A stretch of DNA of 64,000 bases from Deltaproteobacteria bacterium. GTDB taxonomy: Bacteria; Myxococcota_A; UBA9160; SZUA-336. The stretch spans positions 13,572 to 77,571 of the forward strand of contig JAJDAK010000017.1 of NCBI GenBank assembly GCA_029261895.1, given 5' to 3'. Position numbers and translations under genes: made by a program. The stretch's first letter is position 1. Each line of letters starts with the position of its first letter. The notes under the pieces are model-generated. The model was given only the letters and a program-made list of their open reading frames with translations. It made no database searches and was not told the DNA's origin. This document shows positions 37,940 to 47,381 of this stretch, piece by piece.

Positions 37940-39472
37940 GTGTCGGCCGTGCTCTTTGGACTCGCGTTCCCACCCCATAGCTTTCACTATCTGGTCTGGA
38001 TCTGTTTGGTTCCGTTGTTCGTCGCGCTGCGCCAGGCCCGATGGAGAACCCTACTGCTCGCCGCTTGGCTCTGGCCGACGTTGGCCGCGTACGTGATCGG
38101 CGATTGGTTGCCACCGGCCATTGCAACCTACTTCGAGCAACCGAGCTGGGTCGGCTTTGCGTTCTTCTTTTTCGTAACCACGACCATGGCTTTTCCCTAC
38201 TACGGATTCGCGTTCTGGGCCTACGGTGCCGCCGAAAAACGATTCCGTGGGGCTCTGCCATGGATTGCCGCCTGTGCTTGGGTGGCCTGCGAGTTGGGTC
38301 GGGGTCGCTTGTTCACGGGAACACCTTTTTTCATTGGAAATCCCTGGGGACTCATCGGTTATACGCTGGTCGACGTCGTTCCTCTGCTACAGATCGCAAG
38401 TCTCGGCGGCATCTATGCGGTCAGTTTTTGCATCGTAGCCGCGAACGCGACTATCGCCGAATGCCTGCGTCGCAAGCGCTCGCTGCTTGCGCTGGCCCTT
38501 GGCGCGGTACCCGTCGCCGCCAGCTTTGGATTTGGATATTACGAATTAGCGCACGCGGACCCATCGACAGACTCGGCAACCTCGCTGATTGTGGTGCAAG
38601 CGAACCTGGGTGCGGAATCTGGCTGGCGCCGTGAAAACTACGGGGAGAACCTAGAAGCGTACTTGAAACAGACCCATCTGGCTTTGGAAAATGCGAACGC
38701 TTCACTCGTCATCTGGCCCGAATCCGCCATGACGTTCTTCCCCGCCGACGAGCCACAGTATCTCCAAGCCATCGCCAGTGTGCTGAAAACTCGCGAGACT
38801 GAACTCCTGGCAGGAGCGCCCTACGAATTGCGCGGAGATTTCTTCAACAGCATGTACCTTTTGTCTTCCGCAGCTGAGATCAAAGCGCGCTACGACAAGG
38901 AATACCTGGTCCCCTTTGCCGAATACATCCCGTTTGCCGAATTCGATCTGATCCGACGGCGCTTTGACCGTGTTCGTGTGTTTTCTTCGGGTGACCCGAG
39001 CGACCCGTTACCCACGATGATCGGTCGCGCGGGAATCGTCACGTGCAATGAGTCGATGCTTCCCGAGGTCGTGGCCGACCGGGTCACGCGCGGTGCCGAA
39101 TTCTTGATTAATCCATCCAATGACACCTGGATTCCGCATAAGAAGTTCGCTGAACAACAATTCGACATCGCTACGATCCGTGCAGTGGAACAGCGTCGTT
39201 ACCTGGTGCGGGCGTCCACCACCGGCCCTTCCGCGATCGTCGACCCTTGGGGCCGCGTCCTGAAACGAACGCAGACGTTTACCCAAGAAGTCCTCCGGGG
39301 TGAAGTTCGAGCGCTCAACACCACAACGTTCTACAACCGGTACGGCGACGCTTTTGCGATCGGTTGTTTCCTCTGTACACTCGCGGCTCTGCTGATGCCG
39401 GTCAGGCGTGATGCTTCCCCGTTACCAGAAATGCGAGTCCCGCCACCAAGCATCCAATCCCGCTCGCTGTGA
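37940..39472 (+). CDS. lnt: Apolipoprotein N-acyltransferase
   Basis: TM N-terminus; nitrilase triad 'WPES', 'YDKEYLVPFAEY', 'TCNES'; 'NDTW', 'RAVEQRR', 'TGPSAIVDP.G'. Confidence 0.9.
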   Translation: MSAVLFGLAFPPHSFHYLVWICLVPLFVALRQARWRTLLLAAWLWPTLAAYVIGDWLPPAIATYFEQPSWVGFAFFFFVTTTMAFPYYGFAFWAYGAAEKRFRGALPWIAACAWVACELGRGRLFTGTPFFIGNPWGLIGYTLVDVVPLLQIASLGGIYAVSFCIVAANATIAECLRRKRSLLALALGAVPVAASFGFGYYELAHADPSTDSATSLIVVQANLGAESGWRRENYGENLEAYLKQTHLALENANASLVIWPESAMTFFPADEPQYLQAIASVLKTRETELLAGAPYELRGDFFNSMYLLSSAAEIKARYDKEYLVPFAEYIPFAEFDLIRRRFDRVRVFSSGDPSDPLPTMIGRAGIVTCNESMLPEVVADRVTRGAEFLINPSNDTWIPHKKFAEQQFDIATIRAVEQRRYLVRASTTGPSAIVDPWGRVLKRTQTFTQEVLRGEVRALNTTTFYNRYGDAFAIGCFLCTLAALLMPVRRDASPLPEMRVPPPSIQSRSL

Positions 39473-39785
39473 GTAAATTTTGAGCCATGCAGCCCGGACC
39501 ACACTCGGGAACCGCCAGCGAAAAGAACGTGACCGGTAACATCGTCAAGCATCCCCAAAGCGGTCCACGCAGGTACCAGCGCCGCGGCCACACACTCACA
39601 CCAACGACGAATCCGATCATCATTCGCGCGGAGTAGAACGCCCAAACTGCAATCGATCCATGTATGTAGTAGAGATTGAACTTCTCCGGAATCGGACCGT
39701 GTAAGAGCACGGGTATCCAACCCAGCGCAACCCCAAGCATGACACAGACCAAAACGTACGGCGCTTTCACGGGTACGAACTTCAT
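39402..39785 (-). CDS. Small membrane protein
   Basis: Four hydrophobic segments; ATGA overlap with the cfa-like gene. Confidence 0.65.
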   Translation of the reverse strand: MKFVPVKAPYVLVCVMLGVALGWIPVLLHGPIPEKFNLYYIHGSIAVWAFYSARMMIGFVVGVSVWPRRWYLRGPLWGCLTMLPVTFFSLAVPECGPGCMAQNLLTASGIGCLVAGLAFLVTGKHHA

Positions 39786-40897
39786 CGCTGCGCGACCAGA
39801 TGGTAAGCCTGGGTTCGGCCCTGGTAGAGAAAGTACGCGCTCGCCCAGAGAAAAAGCCGGAAAGCGCGGGTGGACTCACGACCGAAGTTCTCAGTCAACG
39901 TCTTTTCCTCCTGATCGAATACGTGAGCCCAATCATGGACGGTGCGCGCGTAGCTCAGTGTGTCGTCGCGAACTTCTCGGATCCGCAGCCCTTGGTGTAG
40001 AAGACTCTCGAGTAAACGCGGCAGGTTTACGTACGTAGCCGTACCGGGCCAGATATAGCGCGTGAGGAACTCACCGGCGAGAAAGTCCCTCTGTTGGGCG
40101 CAGAAGTCCGCGTACAGGCCGCCACCTTCCTTCAGGTGCTGGCTCAAAAACTGTGCGGCAAAACCGTAGTCCGTAAAATGTTCGAACGTTCCCATAAAAA
40201 CCGCGGCATCGAACATCTGCTGGGGTCGGTAATCGAGAAAGTCCACGAGCTCGACTTGGCATGGCAGGTCTTCGCGTTGAATCAGTTCCGTTACGTAGCA
40301 GTACTGCTCCTTCGAAATCGTCACGCTGGTCACGTGTATGCCTTGGCGGCCCGCGAACTCTATAAACGACCCCCAACCGCCACCCATGTCGAAGACGTGC
40401 ATCCCGGGTTTTAGCTGTAGCACGTCGATGGCGTACTGAAGTTTGCGCGCTTGCGCGGCAGTTACCGTATCGTCTGGGTGCTCGTAAAAGCCGTGGGAAT
40501 ACGAACGCCAGCGATCCAACCACGGCAGGAAGAACTCCGGGGGGCGGTCGTAATGAAACTGAATCGATTCACGTTGAAAACGACGGCGATTACGCAAGCG
40601 CAGTCGCAGTTGAAATAACACTCGCGTCCAGATGCCGGGATCGAGATCCAATAGAGCCGTGATCGGCATAATCTCGAGCATGCTGCCGTCGATGTCGATC
40701 TCGCCCGCGAGGTAGGACCGAGCCAGCCGCAGATGGTCGCCGGATACCAACGCGTCCAGCGAAGCCTGACTATGGAACCGAACAACCACCCGCGCGGGGC
40801 TGCCGCCGAGCGCATGTCCCTGCCCGTCGGGCAGTACCACCCGCGCGCAGACGCCTGACTGCTGGAGCCGTGAAAGTAGTTCGAGTCTCGAATCCAT
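39782..40897 (-). CDS. cfa: Cyclopropane-fatty-acyl-phospholipid synthase family SAM methyltransferase
   Basis: 'IQFHYD..PEFF...LD..RSYS', 'AQARKL', 'DMGGGWG', 'VTISKEQ', 'YARTVHDW'; start placed at MDSRL (40897). Confidence 0.85.
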   Translation of the reverse strand: MDSRLELLSRLQQSGVCARVVLPDGQGHALGGSPARVVVRFHSQASLDALVSGDHLRLARSYLAGEIDIDGSMLEIMPITALLDLDPGIWTRVLFQLRLRLRNRRRFQRESIQFHYDRPPEFFLPWLDRWRSYSHGFYEHPDDTVTAAQARKLQYAIDVLQLKPGMHVFDMGGGWGSFIEFAGRQGIHVTSVTISKEQYCYVTELIQREDLPCQVELVDFLDYRPQQMFDAAVFMGTFEHFTDYGFAAQFLSQHLKEGGGLYADFCAQQRDFLAGEFLTRYIWPGTATYVNLPRLLESLLHQGLRIREVRDDTLSYARTVHDWAHVFDQEEKTLTENFGRESTRAFRLFLWASAYFLYQGRTQAYHLVAQR

Positions 40898-41085
40898 AAC
40901 CGTGCCGAGCTTAACACGAGCAAAGCTCCGCAATATTCTCGAGCGAGTCAGGACTGTACCGCGGCGAGAAATGCCCTGTTCTCTCGCGGTTGTCGCGATC
41001 CGTTTCCACCTAGTTGCGTGCCCATAAACGCTCGCCGATTGAGAGACTTTGCCTCGTGTGCGATGCGCATAGTACACTCCTCTTG

Positions 41086-42078
41086 ATGTACTACCTGCTC
41101 CTCTTGGGTGTTCTCGTATTTGCCGCTGCCAGCTCGGTACAAGCCGCGGAATACCGCTTCTATCATCCGGACCCGCTGGGTTCGAACGTCGTAGTAACCG
41201 ACCGAAGCGGGCGAGTTGTGCAGCGCACAGTGAGTACACCGTACGGTGAAATGCGAAGTGTACTCGATGGCGAGGGCAACTCGATCGAACCCGGGGCCAA
41301 CAGTCCACGGCATCTCTTTACCGATCAAGAGCACGATCCCGAGAGCGGGCTCCATTATTTTAATGCGCGTTACTACGACTCGTTTGTCGGGAAGTTCCTC
41401 TCCGTGGACCCCGATTTAACGGATGCGTTTCCGGGCGTCAGCTTCTCGATGCTCACCTCAGAACCTGGGAATTTCAACACCCACGCCTACGTGAGAAATC
41501 GACCCACCCACCTGATCGACCCCACGGGTACAAACGCGATCCGGCTCGGCGAGAGTCTCGACGATGATCCTGGTATTGTGGAGTTCAGCGGCTTCTTCAG
41601 CCCCGAGGATCTCGAGCGCCTCAATGGGCCAGCGGACGAAGGCGAAGGTCGCGACGGCGACCGTCCTGAATCTGGCGTTCTGTTACCCGGAAGCACGGGG
41701 CCGCAAGAACCAACGGGCGAAGGCGACGGGCCCGACATCATTGGCGAGGGCAGTGGTGAAATTATTGAACGCCAGGTGCCTTGGAATGGAATTGAATGGC
41801 TCTCCGAGAACTTCCCTGTGATGTTCCCCCCGAGCACGGTGTACATCGTTGGTGGGATCGAGCACCGGAGTCTCCCCGTGCAGGCACCCCCACCCTCACC
41901 GTCGCCGCCACCCCCGGACGGACCCATCACCGTGATTGAGAACCCGCGATTCAAGGATCTTGAGGAGCGGCCCACTGCCGACACGCTCGAGGGTGTCCGA
42001 AAGCTTCGAACTGGCAAAAGAGGATTTGTCAGGACTCGGAAAGACCCTCGGACCCCGAGACAAGAGTTACGCCAATAG
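41086..42078 (+). CDS. Signal peptide + Rhs-associated core + variable acidic/Pro-rich C-terminus (mini-Rhs 2)
   Basis: VQA-AEYRFYHPDPLGS..TPYGE..FTDQEHDPESGLHYFNARYYD..KFLSVDP..PTHLIDPTG; TACACT-7-ATG start. Confidence 0.85.
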   Translation: MYYLLLLGVLVFAAASSVQAAEYRFYHPDPLGSNVVVTDRSGRVVQRTVSTPYGEMRSVLDGEGNSIEPGANSPRHLFTDQEHDPESGLHYFNARYYDSFVGKFLSVDPDLTDAFPGVSFSMLTSEPGNFNTHAYVRNRPTHLIDPTGTNAIRLGESLDDDPGIVEFSGFFSPEDLERLNGPADEGEGRDGDRPESGVLLPGSTGPQEPTGEGDGPDIIGEGSGEIIERQVPWNGIEWLSENFPVMFPPSTVYIVGGIEHRSLPVQAPPPSPSPPPPDGPITVIENPRFKDLEERPTADTLEGVRKLRTGKRGFVRTRKDPRTPRQELRQ

Positions 42079-42114
42079 AGTCGGCGAGGCAGCGGAGAGT
42101 CTGCGGCAAGCTCT

Positions 42115-43644
42115 CTACGGGAAACTGCCTCCGCTGTAGGTGATCTTACAGCCGTAGAAGCGCAGCTCGTTGAACGGTGCGCCGGTGTCGGTGTCGAAGA
42201 ACACCCATAGGAAGTACTGGTAGGCGTTCGTATCCACGACCTCGCGGCCCAAGGTCATGGTGATGTCGGAAATCGTATTGACGTTGGTGCTCTGGTGCAC
42301 GATATCCGTGCCGACGAACGCAATCGACTCGTTGCTGGTCGAGGTATACTCACGTCGATACAGCGTGACGTCGAGGTTCAGGTTCACCCCGCCGCCCGCG
42401 TTGTCGTACCAGTAACAACGGAGCGCTTCGATCGTCGAGTCGTCTGGCAGATCCACCGGTGCCGTAAGCGATATCGCCCATGGGGAGCTGCCGCCCTGCA
42501 TGAAGCCGAACCCGGTACTGTAGTACCACTCCTCGCCGCTCGAGGCGTGTGACGCCGAAAACTCGGCTGCGGGCACGGGTAGATAGCGGTTGCTGCCGGA
42601 GGTCAGCGTAAGTGGTCCACCGGCGATGACTTCGCCAGGCATGAAAACGTCGTCGGCAGAAGAGTCACCGAGCTCCATGATCAAGTTGGCGCCGGCGAAG
42701 CGCACGGTGTTGTTGGCGTCGCCATCGGAAATATTGGTGGTGGTGACGGTGGCTGGGCCGATCGTCATGCTATCTTCCACGACCAGCGAACTCCCATCTT
42801 CAATCGTTAGCGTGCTCGCAGTGAAGCTGTCGTCCGCGTTCGAACGCAGGAAACCAATAGCGTGTACGCCGTCGAGCATGTCCGCGATCAGTCCGGAGCC
42901 CGCTCCGTCGTTGTCGAGCACGATTCCGAACACGTCAGCGGACTGTGCAAATGCGCTGGAGTCGAGTCCATCCAGAAAGTCCGCGTCGAGCAGCGAAGTG
43001 TCTCCATCCACGAGCAGTAGCAGCGCGAGCACCTCGGAATCCCGCGCGATGCCGGAAGGAATCTGACCGTCGCTCGCCTGATCGGTCAACTCGGCGAAGC
43101 TCATGGTCTTGTCGTGGTGAGCGTTTGGATCGGCCGCGTGCCCAAGCAGTTGAGCCTGAGTCGCCAAGCCGGTCTGCGCAGCGGAAATGACCCCCGCCAG
43201 GTCCTCGCCCTCGAGCGCGGCTGCATTCACGCAGACCTGGGACTGAAACGAGTACGCCACACTGGTGTACTGCTGGCGCGGTACCAGCGTCTCGCTGTCG
43301 ATCCCGATCTCGAGCCAACGATTTGCACCCAGAAAAACCAGCACGTTGAATGGGCCCGACGTTACGTCCCCTAATCCGACTTTCACATCGAACACGCCGT
43401 CGATCACGGGAACGTTCAGGTGAACTTCTTCGTAAAGCAGATTGCCGGGAGCGACCGAGTTGGGATCGTTGTAGATCCGCAGCGTCACATCGACGGTCGC
43501 GTTCAGCGGATTGCCGTTCGGATCCAGCAGCAGCCCCTGGTAGTTCGAGAGATCAGGAACATCGGCAAGGGTCTGCCCTGCGAAAAGCGGCCCAGCAACC
43601 AGCGCCGCCAGCAAGAGCACCTCAAGCGATCGAATCCCGCGCAT
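42115..43644 (-). CDS. Secreted fibre-like/surface protein with DADxLDG repeats
   Basis: Signal peptide; 'VP..SNYQGLLLD..G.P..RIY..EEVH..V.V.DG.F.V..G' N-domain; DADFLDGLDS and ADMLDGVH repeats. Confidence 0.8.
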   Translation of the reverse strand: MRGIRSLEVLLLAALVAGPLFAGQTLADVPDLSNYQGLLLDPNGNPLNATVDVTLRIYNDPNSVAPGNLLYEEVHLNVPVIDGVFDVKVGLGDVTSGPFNVLVFLGANRWLEIGIDSETLVPRQQYTSVAYSFQSQVCVNAAALEGEDLAGVISAAQTGLATQAQLLGHAADPNAHHDKTMSFAELTDQASDGQIPSGIARDSEVLALLLLVDGDTSLLDADFLDGLDSSAFAQSADVFGIVLDNDGAGSGLIADMLDGVHAIGFLRSNADDSFTASTLTIEDGSSLVVEDSMTIGPATVTTTNISDGDANNTVRFAGANLIMELGDSSADDVFMPGEVIAGGPLTLTSGSNRYLPVPAAEFSASHASSGEEWYYSTGFGFMQGGSSPWAISLTAPVDLPDDSTIEALRCYWYDNAGGGVNLNLDVTLYRREYTSTSNESIAFVGTDIVHQSTNVNTISDITMTLGREVVDTNAYQYFLWVFFDTDTGAPFNELRFYGCKITYSGGSFP

Positions 43645-43864
43645 CCCGTCGCTATCATATGCGAATCAGCAGGCGTTGTGGGGGCCTAGCTAATTCAGGC
43701 GGTTACGTGCTCGGCTTGCTGCTACCGCAGCTCCTTACCGCTGAGTGGCCCCTGGCGCGGCTGAGTCGGTACCCATGAACTGATAATTGCTGAGAAACCG
43801 CCGCCTGGGTCGAGTGGTACACTGGTATTGCTCGGGGTAAGGATTGGGCGTGTGCGGAGATCGG

Positions 43865-44923
43865 ATGACATCGAGGAAGCGAGTTGTGGTCAGCCTGCTG
43901 CTAGCGTCGGGTCTGTATGCGAGCTTGCCGGCTTCCGCGGTCGAGTACCGCTTCTACCACCCGGATCCACTCGGGTCGAGTGTGGTCGTGACCGATCGCA
44001 GCGGCAAGGTGATTCAGCGTACGGTTACTACTCCGTACGGCGAGGTAACAGCACGGGTCGATGCGACCGGTCAATCGCTAGAACCGAGCGCGAACGCTCC
44101 GCGGCACCTGTTTACCGGCCAGGAGCACGACGCCGAGTCGAATCTCCACTACTACGGCGCGCGTCACTACGATCCATTCGCGGGGCGCTTCCTAAGTCAG
44201 GATCCGGTGCTCTTCAGCGGCGCTGGGCGCGGGCTGCCCAATGGCTATGCCTACGTTGACAACCGCCCAACCACGATGGTCGACCCTGACGGTCGCTTTC
44301 CCCTTGCACGCCGTCCGCTCACTCGAAGCTGGCCCGAACACAGTGAGCCTACGCAAGACGAGATATTCAAGGAATTTCATGAGAGGATGAAGGACGACCC
44401 GGTCGGCGAATTCGGTTTTGTTTTGGGAGCTACCGGTGGCCTCAACCGTGTTGGGGGAGCTGTCGCTAAAGCCGGAAGTAACGTCCTTCAGAAGCTCTGG
44501 AAACGCTGGTCTAAGCCTAAGGCAAACGCGACGCCGAAAATCGTTGACGATATTGCGGATATCGCCCCCTTCGAGCTTGATTTCAAGCAGCTAACGCCCC
44601 TAGAAGGGGACGTTCTTAACGTGCACGCAGCTCTCACTCCGAAGAGACATATCAGTCGTGTAGCGAACCCGAAGTTTGCCAAGAGTGCGATCGAAGATGT
44701 CGCTAAGGCGACGAGTATCATGAAAAGTAAAAGTTTCGAGTTGGTGATCCCAAGGCCCTCCCCGGTTGCTAGGGCTCAGTTCGAGGCAGCCATCCAAGTG
44801 AATCAAGCCGGAGAGAACATCATCACCGTACGCACGTTGGGGGGTGTAACGAACTTTCTTACGGAAATCTCAGAGCGCGAAATTTTTATCACGGGACCGG
44901 CCATCCCGCTGCGCCCCAAATAG
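43865..44923 (+). CDS. Signal peptide + Rhs-associated core + variable C-terminal domain (mini-Rhs 3)
   Basis: ASA-VEYRFYHPDPLGS..TPYGE..FTGQEHDAESNLHYYGARHYDP..GRFLSQDP..NRPTTMVDPDG; GGAG RBS. Confidence 0.85.
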   Translation: MTSRKRVVVSLLLASGLYASLPASAVEYRFYHPDPLGSSVVVTDRSGKVIQRTVTTPYGEVTARVDATGQSLEPSANAPRHLFTGQEHDAESNLHYYGARHYDPFAGRFLSQDPVLFSGAGRGLPNGYAYVDNRPTTMVDPDGRFPLARRPLTRSWPEHSEPTQDEIFKEFHERMKDDPVGEFGFVLGATGGLNRVGGAVAKAGSNVLQKLWKRWSKPKANATPKIVDDIADIAPFELDFKQLTPLEGDVLNVHAALTPKRHISRVANPKFAKSAIEDVAKATSIMKSKSFELVIPRPSPVARAQFEAAIQVNQAGENIITVRTLGGVTNFLTEISEREIFITGPAIPLRPK

Positions 44924-45106
44924 CCAAGCTTGCGCGACAATGCTGCGCGCATGCGAGGTGGCACATAAGATGCAGCCTTTCGTACATGGTCCTCTTCCTA
45001 CAGATTCGTCTGTCTAGGAGATATCGAATGAGCAGCATCCAGATCACTTACAACATCACATGGCGACGATAATGGAGCGGCCGTCTGTTCGCGGGCACGG
45101 CTCATC

Positions 45107-45478
45107 ATGACCTACGTAGCTCTCGGCCTAAGCCTCTTCATCGTAGCGTTGGGCGTCTTGGGAATACTATCGCCGGCTCGGCTTTTGGCGTTTGTTCGGC
45201 GCATCCAAACCCCAGGAGGACTCTATACCGCGGCTGCGCTCCGCCTGGTTTTTGGGGTGGCGCTATTCCTCGTCGCGCCCGAATCCAAAGCACCAGACTT
45301 GCTTCGTATCTTTGGTGTCCTTGCTGTCTTAGCGGCCCTGCTCACTCCCTTCGTCGGACTTGGGCGGTTTGGCAAAGTCGTGGACTGGTGGTCCAGCCGG
45401 GGGAGTCTCTTCATCCGCGCGTGGTCGGCGATTGCGTTTGCGCTCGGTCTTTATGTGGCGTGGGCAGTTCTTCCTTAG
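45107..45478 (+). CDS. Small integral membrane protein
   Basis: 123 aa; four TM helices. Confidence 0.7.
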   Translation: MTYVALGLSLFIVALGVLGILSPARLLAFVRRIQTPGGLYTAAALRLVFGVALFLVAPESKAPDLLRIFGVLAVLAALLTPFVGLGRFGKVVDWWSSRGSLFIRAWSAIAFALGLYVAWAVLP

Positions 45479-45500
45479 CAGGTCGAATTTCGGAGGACGG

Positions 45501-46244
45501 ATGCGAAACCACACTCGGACAAGGGACAGCGATCGGCTCCTTCGGGACTTCGATAGGACCGCGAAACTCGTCCGGCCCTTCGTCGCAGAACGATTCGGCG
45601 AGGAGAACGCCGACGCGTTGTATCGTGTTGCCCGAGCGGAGTATGAAAAGATCCTGCCGCAGATTCCAAGAATCAACGGCATCCGGGCGAAGATGCTGAA
45701 CCACTTCCTTCGTGTTACGGCGCAAGAAGTTGCGGTTTATAAGGCTGTGAAAGAACGCGGAGCGACACCCTCGGAAGCTTGGGAGATTTGTCACGAAGGG
45801 ATTCGACTCAGGATGGCAGAGTTTCCGAGATGGAAACGCTGGCTACTTGAACGACTCATGTACTCAGCACTTATGAGGCGGATCATGAGCCGCCGCGAAC
45901 TAAAAAACCAACACGGACGATTCGGCGACTTCGAAGTTCGCTATATGACCGGCGATGGCGCCGATTTCGATTTTGGCGTCGACTACGTTCGATGCGGGAA
46001 TTTGGAGCTGGCGAAGAAACTGGGGGCAGCCGAATTCGCGCCTTACGTATGTATGTCTGACATCGCCTTCAGCGACGCGCTTGGTTGGGGTCTCATCAGA
46101 AGTCAGACGCTGGCGGATGGCTGCAGCCACTGCGATTTCCGTTTCAAGAGGAACGCAGAGACTCAAATCAGCTCGAAGACTCCAGAAGTGCAGCAGACCA
46201 TTGAGAGAATCGAACAACGCTCCCATTCGAGTCAAAGCCGCTAG
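45501..46244 (+). CDS. L-2-amino-thiazoline-4-carboxylic acid hydrolase family protein
   Basis: 'DFGVDYVRCG...K.LGA.E..PYVC.SD..GL.RSQTLADG..HCDFRF'; GGAGG RBS. Confidence 0.8.
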   Translation: MRNHTRTRDSDRLLRDFDRTAKLVRPFVAERFGEENADALYRVARAEYEKILPQIPRINGIRAKMLNHFLRVTAQEVAVYKAVKERGATPSEAWEICHEGIRLRMAEFPRWKRWLLERLMYSALMRRIMSRRELKNQHGRFGDFEVRYMTGDGADFDFGVDYVRCGNLELAKKLGAAEFAPYVCMSDIAFSDALGWGLIRSQTLADGCSHCDFRFKRNAETQISSKTPEVQQTIERIEQRSHSSQSR

Positions 46245-46352
46245 CAACCAACCCGTGGCGCACGCGACTTCGTTGCATGCGCGGTAGACCTTCTGAATGC
46301 CATTCGTGCAATCCAGCGCCTCGATGGGATGCAGGCTGCTGTCAGAGATTGG

Positions 46353-46396
46353 TTGACTCACCTACTTTATAGGTTATATTACCTATAAGGTAGGTG
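46353..46396 (+). promoter_or_regulatory. Promoter with overlapping inverted-repeat operator
   Basis: TTGACT..TATATT; CACCTACTTTATAGGT-tatatt-ACCTATAAGGTAGGTG (46359-46396). Confidence 0.7.
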
Positions 46397-46732
46397 ATAC
46401 AAATGCTTGATGCCCTCTTTGGGAACGCAACCGCCGAGAAAGTGCTGCTTTATTTGGAGCACTACGGAGAGGGGTACGCTTCCGCGATCGCCGAGACCTA
46501 CGGAATCTCACTCAACATTGTTCAACGCCAACTTATGCGCTTTGAGAATGCTGGCCTGCTGGTGAGTGTTCTCAAGGGACGTACTCGCCTCTTTCTTTGG
46601 AATCCGCGCTACGCGTTCTTGGCCGAAGTCCGCGCCCTTTTAGCCAAAGCGCTTCGCGCGCTACCCGCGGCCGAACGTAAGCGATACTTTGCGCAACGCC
46701 GTCGTCCGCGACGCAGCGGCAAACCAATATGA
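46394..46732 (+). CDS. Winged-helix regulator/antitoxin
   Basis: 'LFGNATAEKVLLYL..EGYAS.IA..QRQL.RFE.AGLL..GRTRLF.WNPRY'; ATGA overlap with the NTase gene. Confidence 0.8.
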   Translation: MIQMLDALFGNATAEKVLLYLEHYGEGYASAIAETYGISLNIVQRQLMRFENAGLLVSVLKGRTRLFLWNPRYAFLAEVRALLAKALRALPAAERKRYFAQRRRPRRSGKPI

Positions 46733-47268
46733 GCGAAGTGACACCCGATCTCAAAGTAGAAGAAGTTGCGGCGCTTGTGTGCACACGTCTTGAGCGCCAT
46801 GGTATTCGTGCGGTGCTCTCTGGAGGCGCTGTTGTTTCAATCTACTCCGACAATGCATACGAATCCAAAGATCTCGATTTCATCGTCGAAGGTATTGCAA
46901 AAACGGTAGGACCCGCTCTCGAAGAACTTGGCTTTGCGCGCAAACAGGGACGTCATTGGGTGCATCCCCAAACCGAGTACTGGGTAGAGTTTCCTCCCGG
47001 CCCGCTTCAAATCGGCAATGAAACAATTCGTGACGTAGCCGAGCTTCAGACACGGGTGGGAACTTTGCGGCTACTGCATCCAACGGAATCCGTGATGGAT
47101 CGCCTCGCGGCGTTCTATCACTGGAATGACCCCCAGGCGCTCGAGCAAGCAGTGCTGGTCAGCAGGCAGCACAAAGTCGATCTATCGCGTATCCGCACCT
47201 GGTCAACGCGCGAGGGCGCAAAAGACAAACTCAAAGAGTACGAACGCAGACTAGAGGAAGACGAGTAG
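46729..47268 (+). CDS. Nucleotidyltransferase-fold toxin-like protein
   Basis: 'AVLSGGAVVSIYS...YESKDLDF'; 'DRLAAFYHWND' motif. Confidence 0.78.
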   Translation: MSEVTPDLKVEEVAALVCTRLERHGIRAVLSGGAVVSIYSDNAYESKDLDFIVEGIAKTVGPALEELGFARKQGRHWVHPQTEYWVEFPPGPLQIGNETIRDVAELQTRVGTLRLLHPTESVMDRLAAFYHWNDPQALEQAVLVSRQHKVDLSRIRTWSTREGAKDKLKEYERRLEEDE

Positions 47269-47272
47269 CTGA

Positions 47273-47381
47273 AGACTTCACTTACGGCGAAGTCTCACGG
47301 CTTAACGATCGCTACGCTGGCAGATGGAGTGATGGACACTTCGCCTGCGGCTCAGTGTCACAACTCCGATCGCTACGCTGG
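47273..47381 (-). repeat. Two tandem tRNA-trailer repeat units (copies 2 and 3)
   Basis: CGATCGCTACGCTGG at 47306-47320 and 47367-47381, each with an adjacent hairpin. Confidence 0.7.

Noticed and set aside
40898-41308. N-terminal extension of the cfa ORF
   Set aside because: It overlaps mini-Rhs 2 on the other strand; the start at 40897 fits better.
45107-45478. Immunity gene for mini-Rhs 3
   Set aside because: It is separated by 183 bp and looks like a generic membrane protein linked to the downstream hydrolase; not supported, though not excluded.
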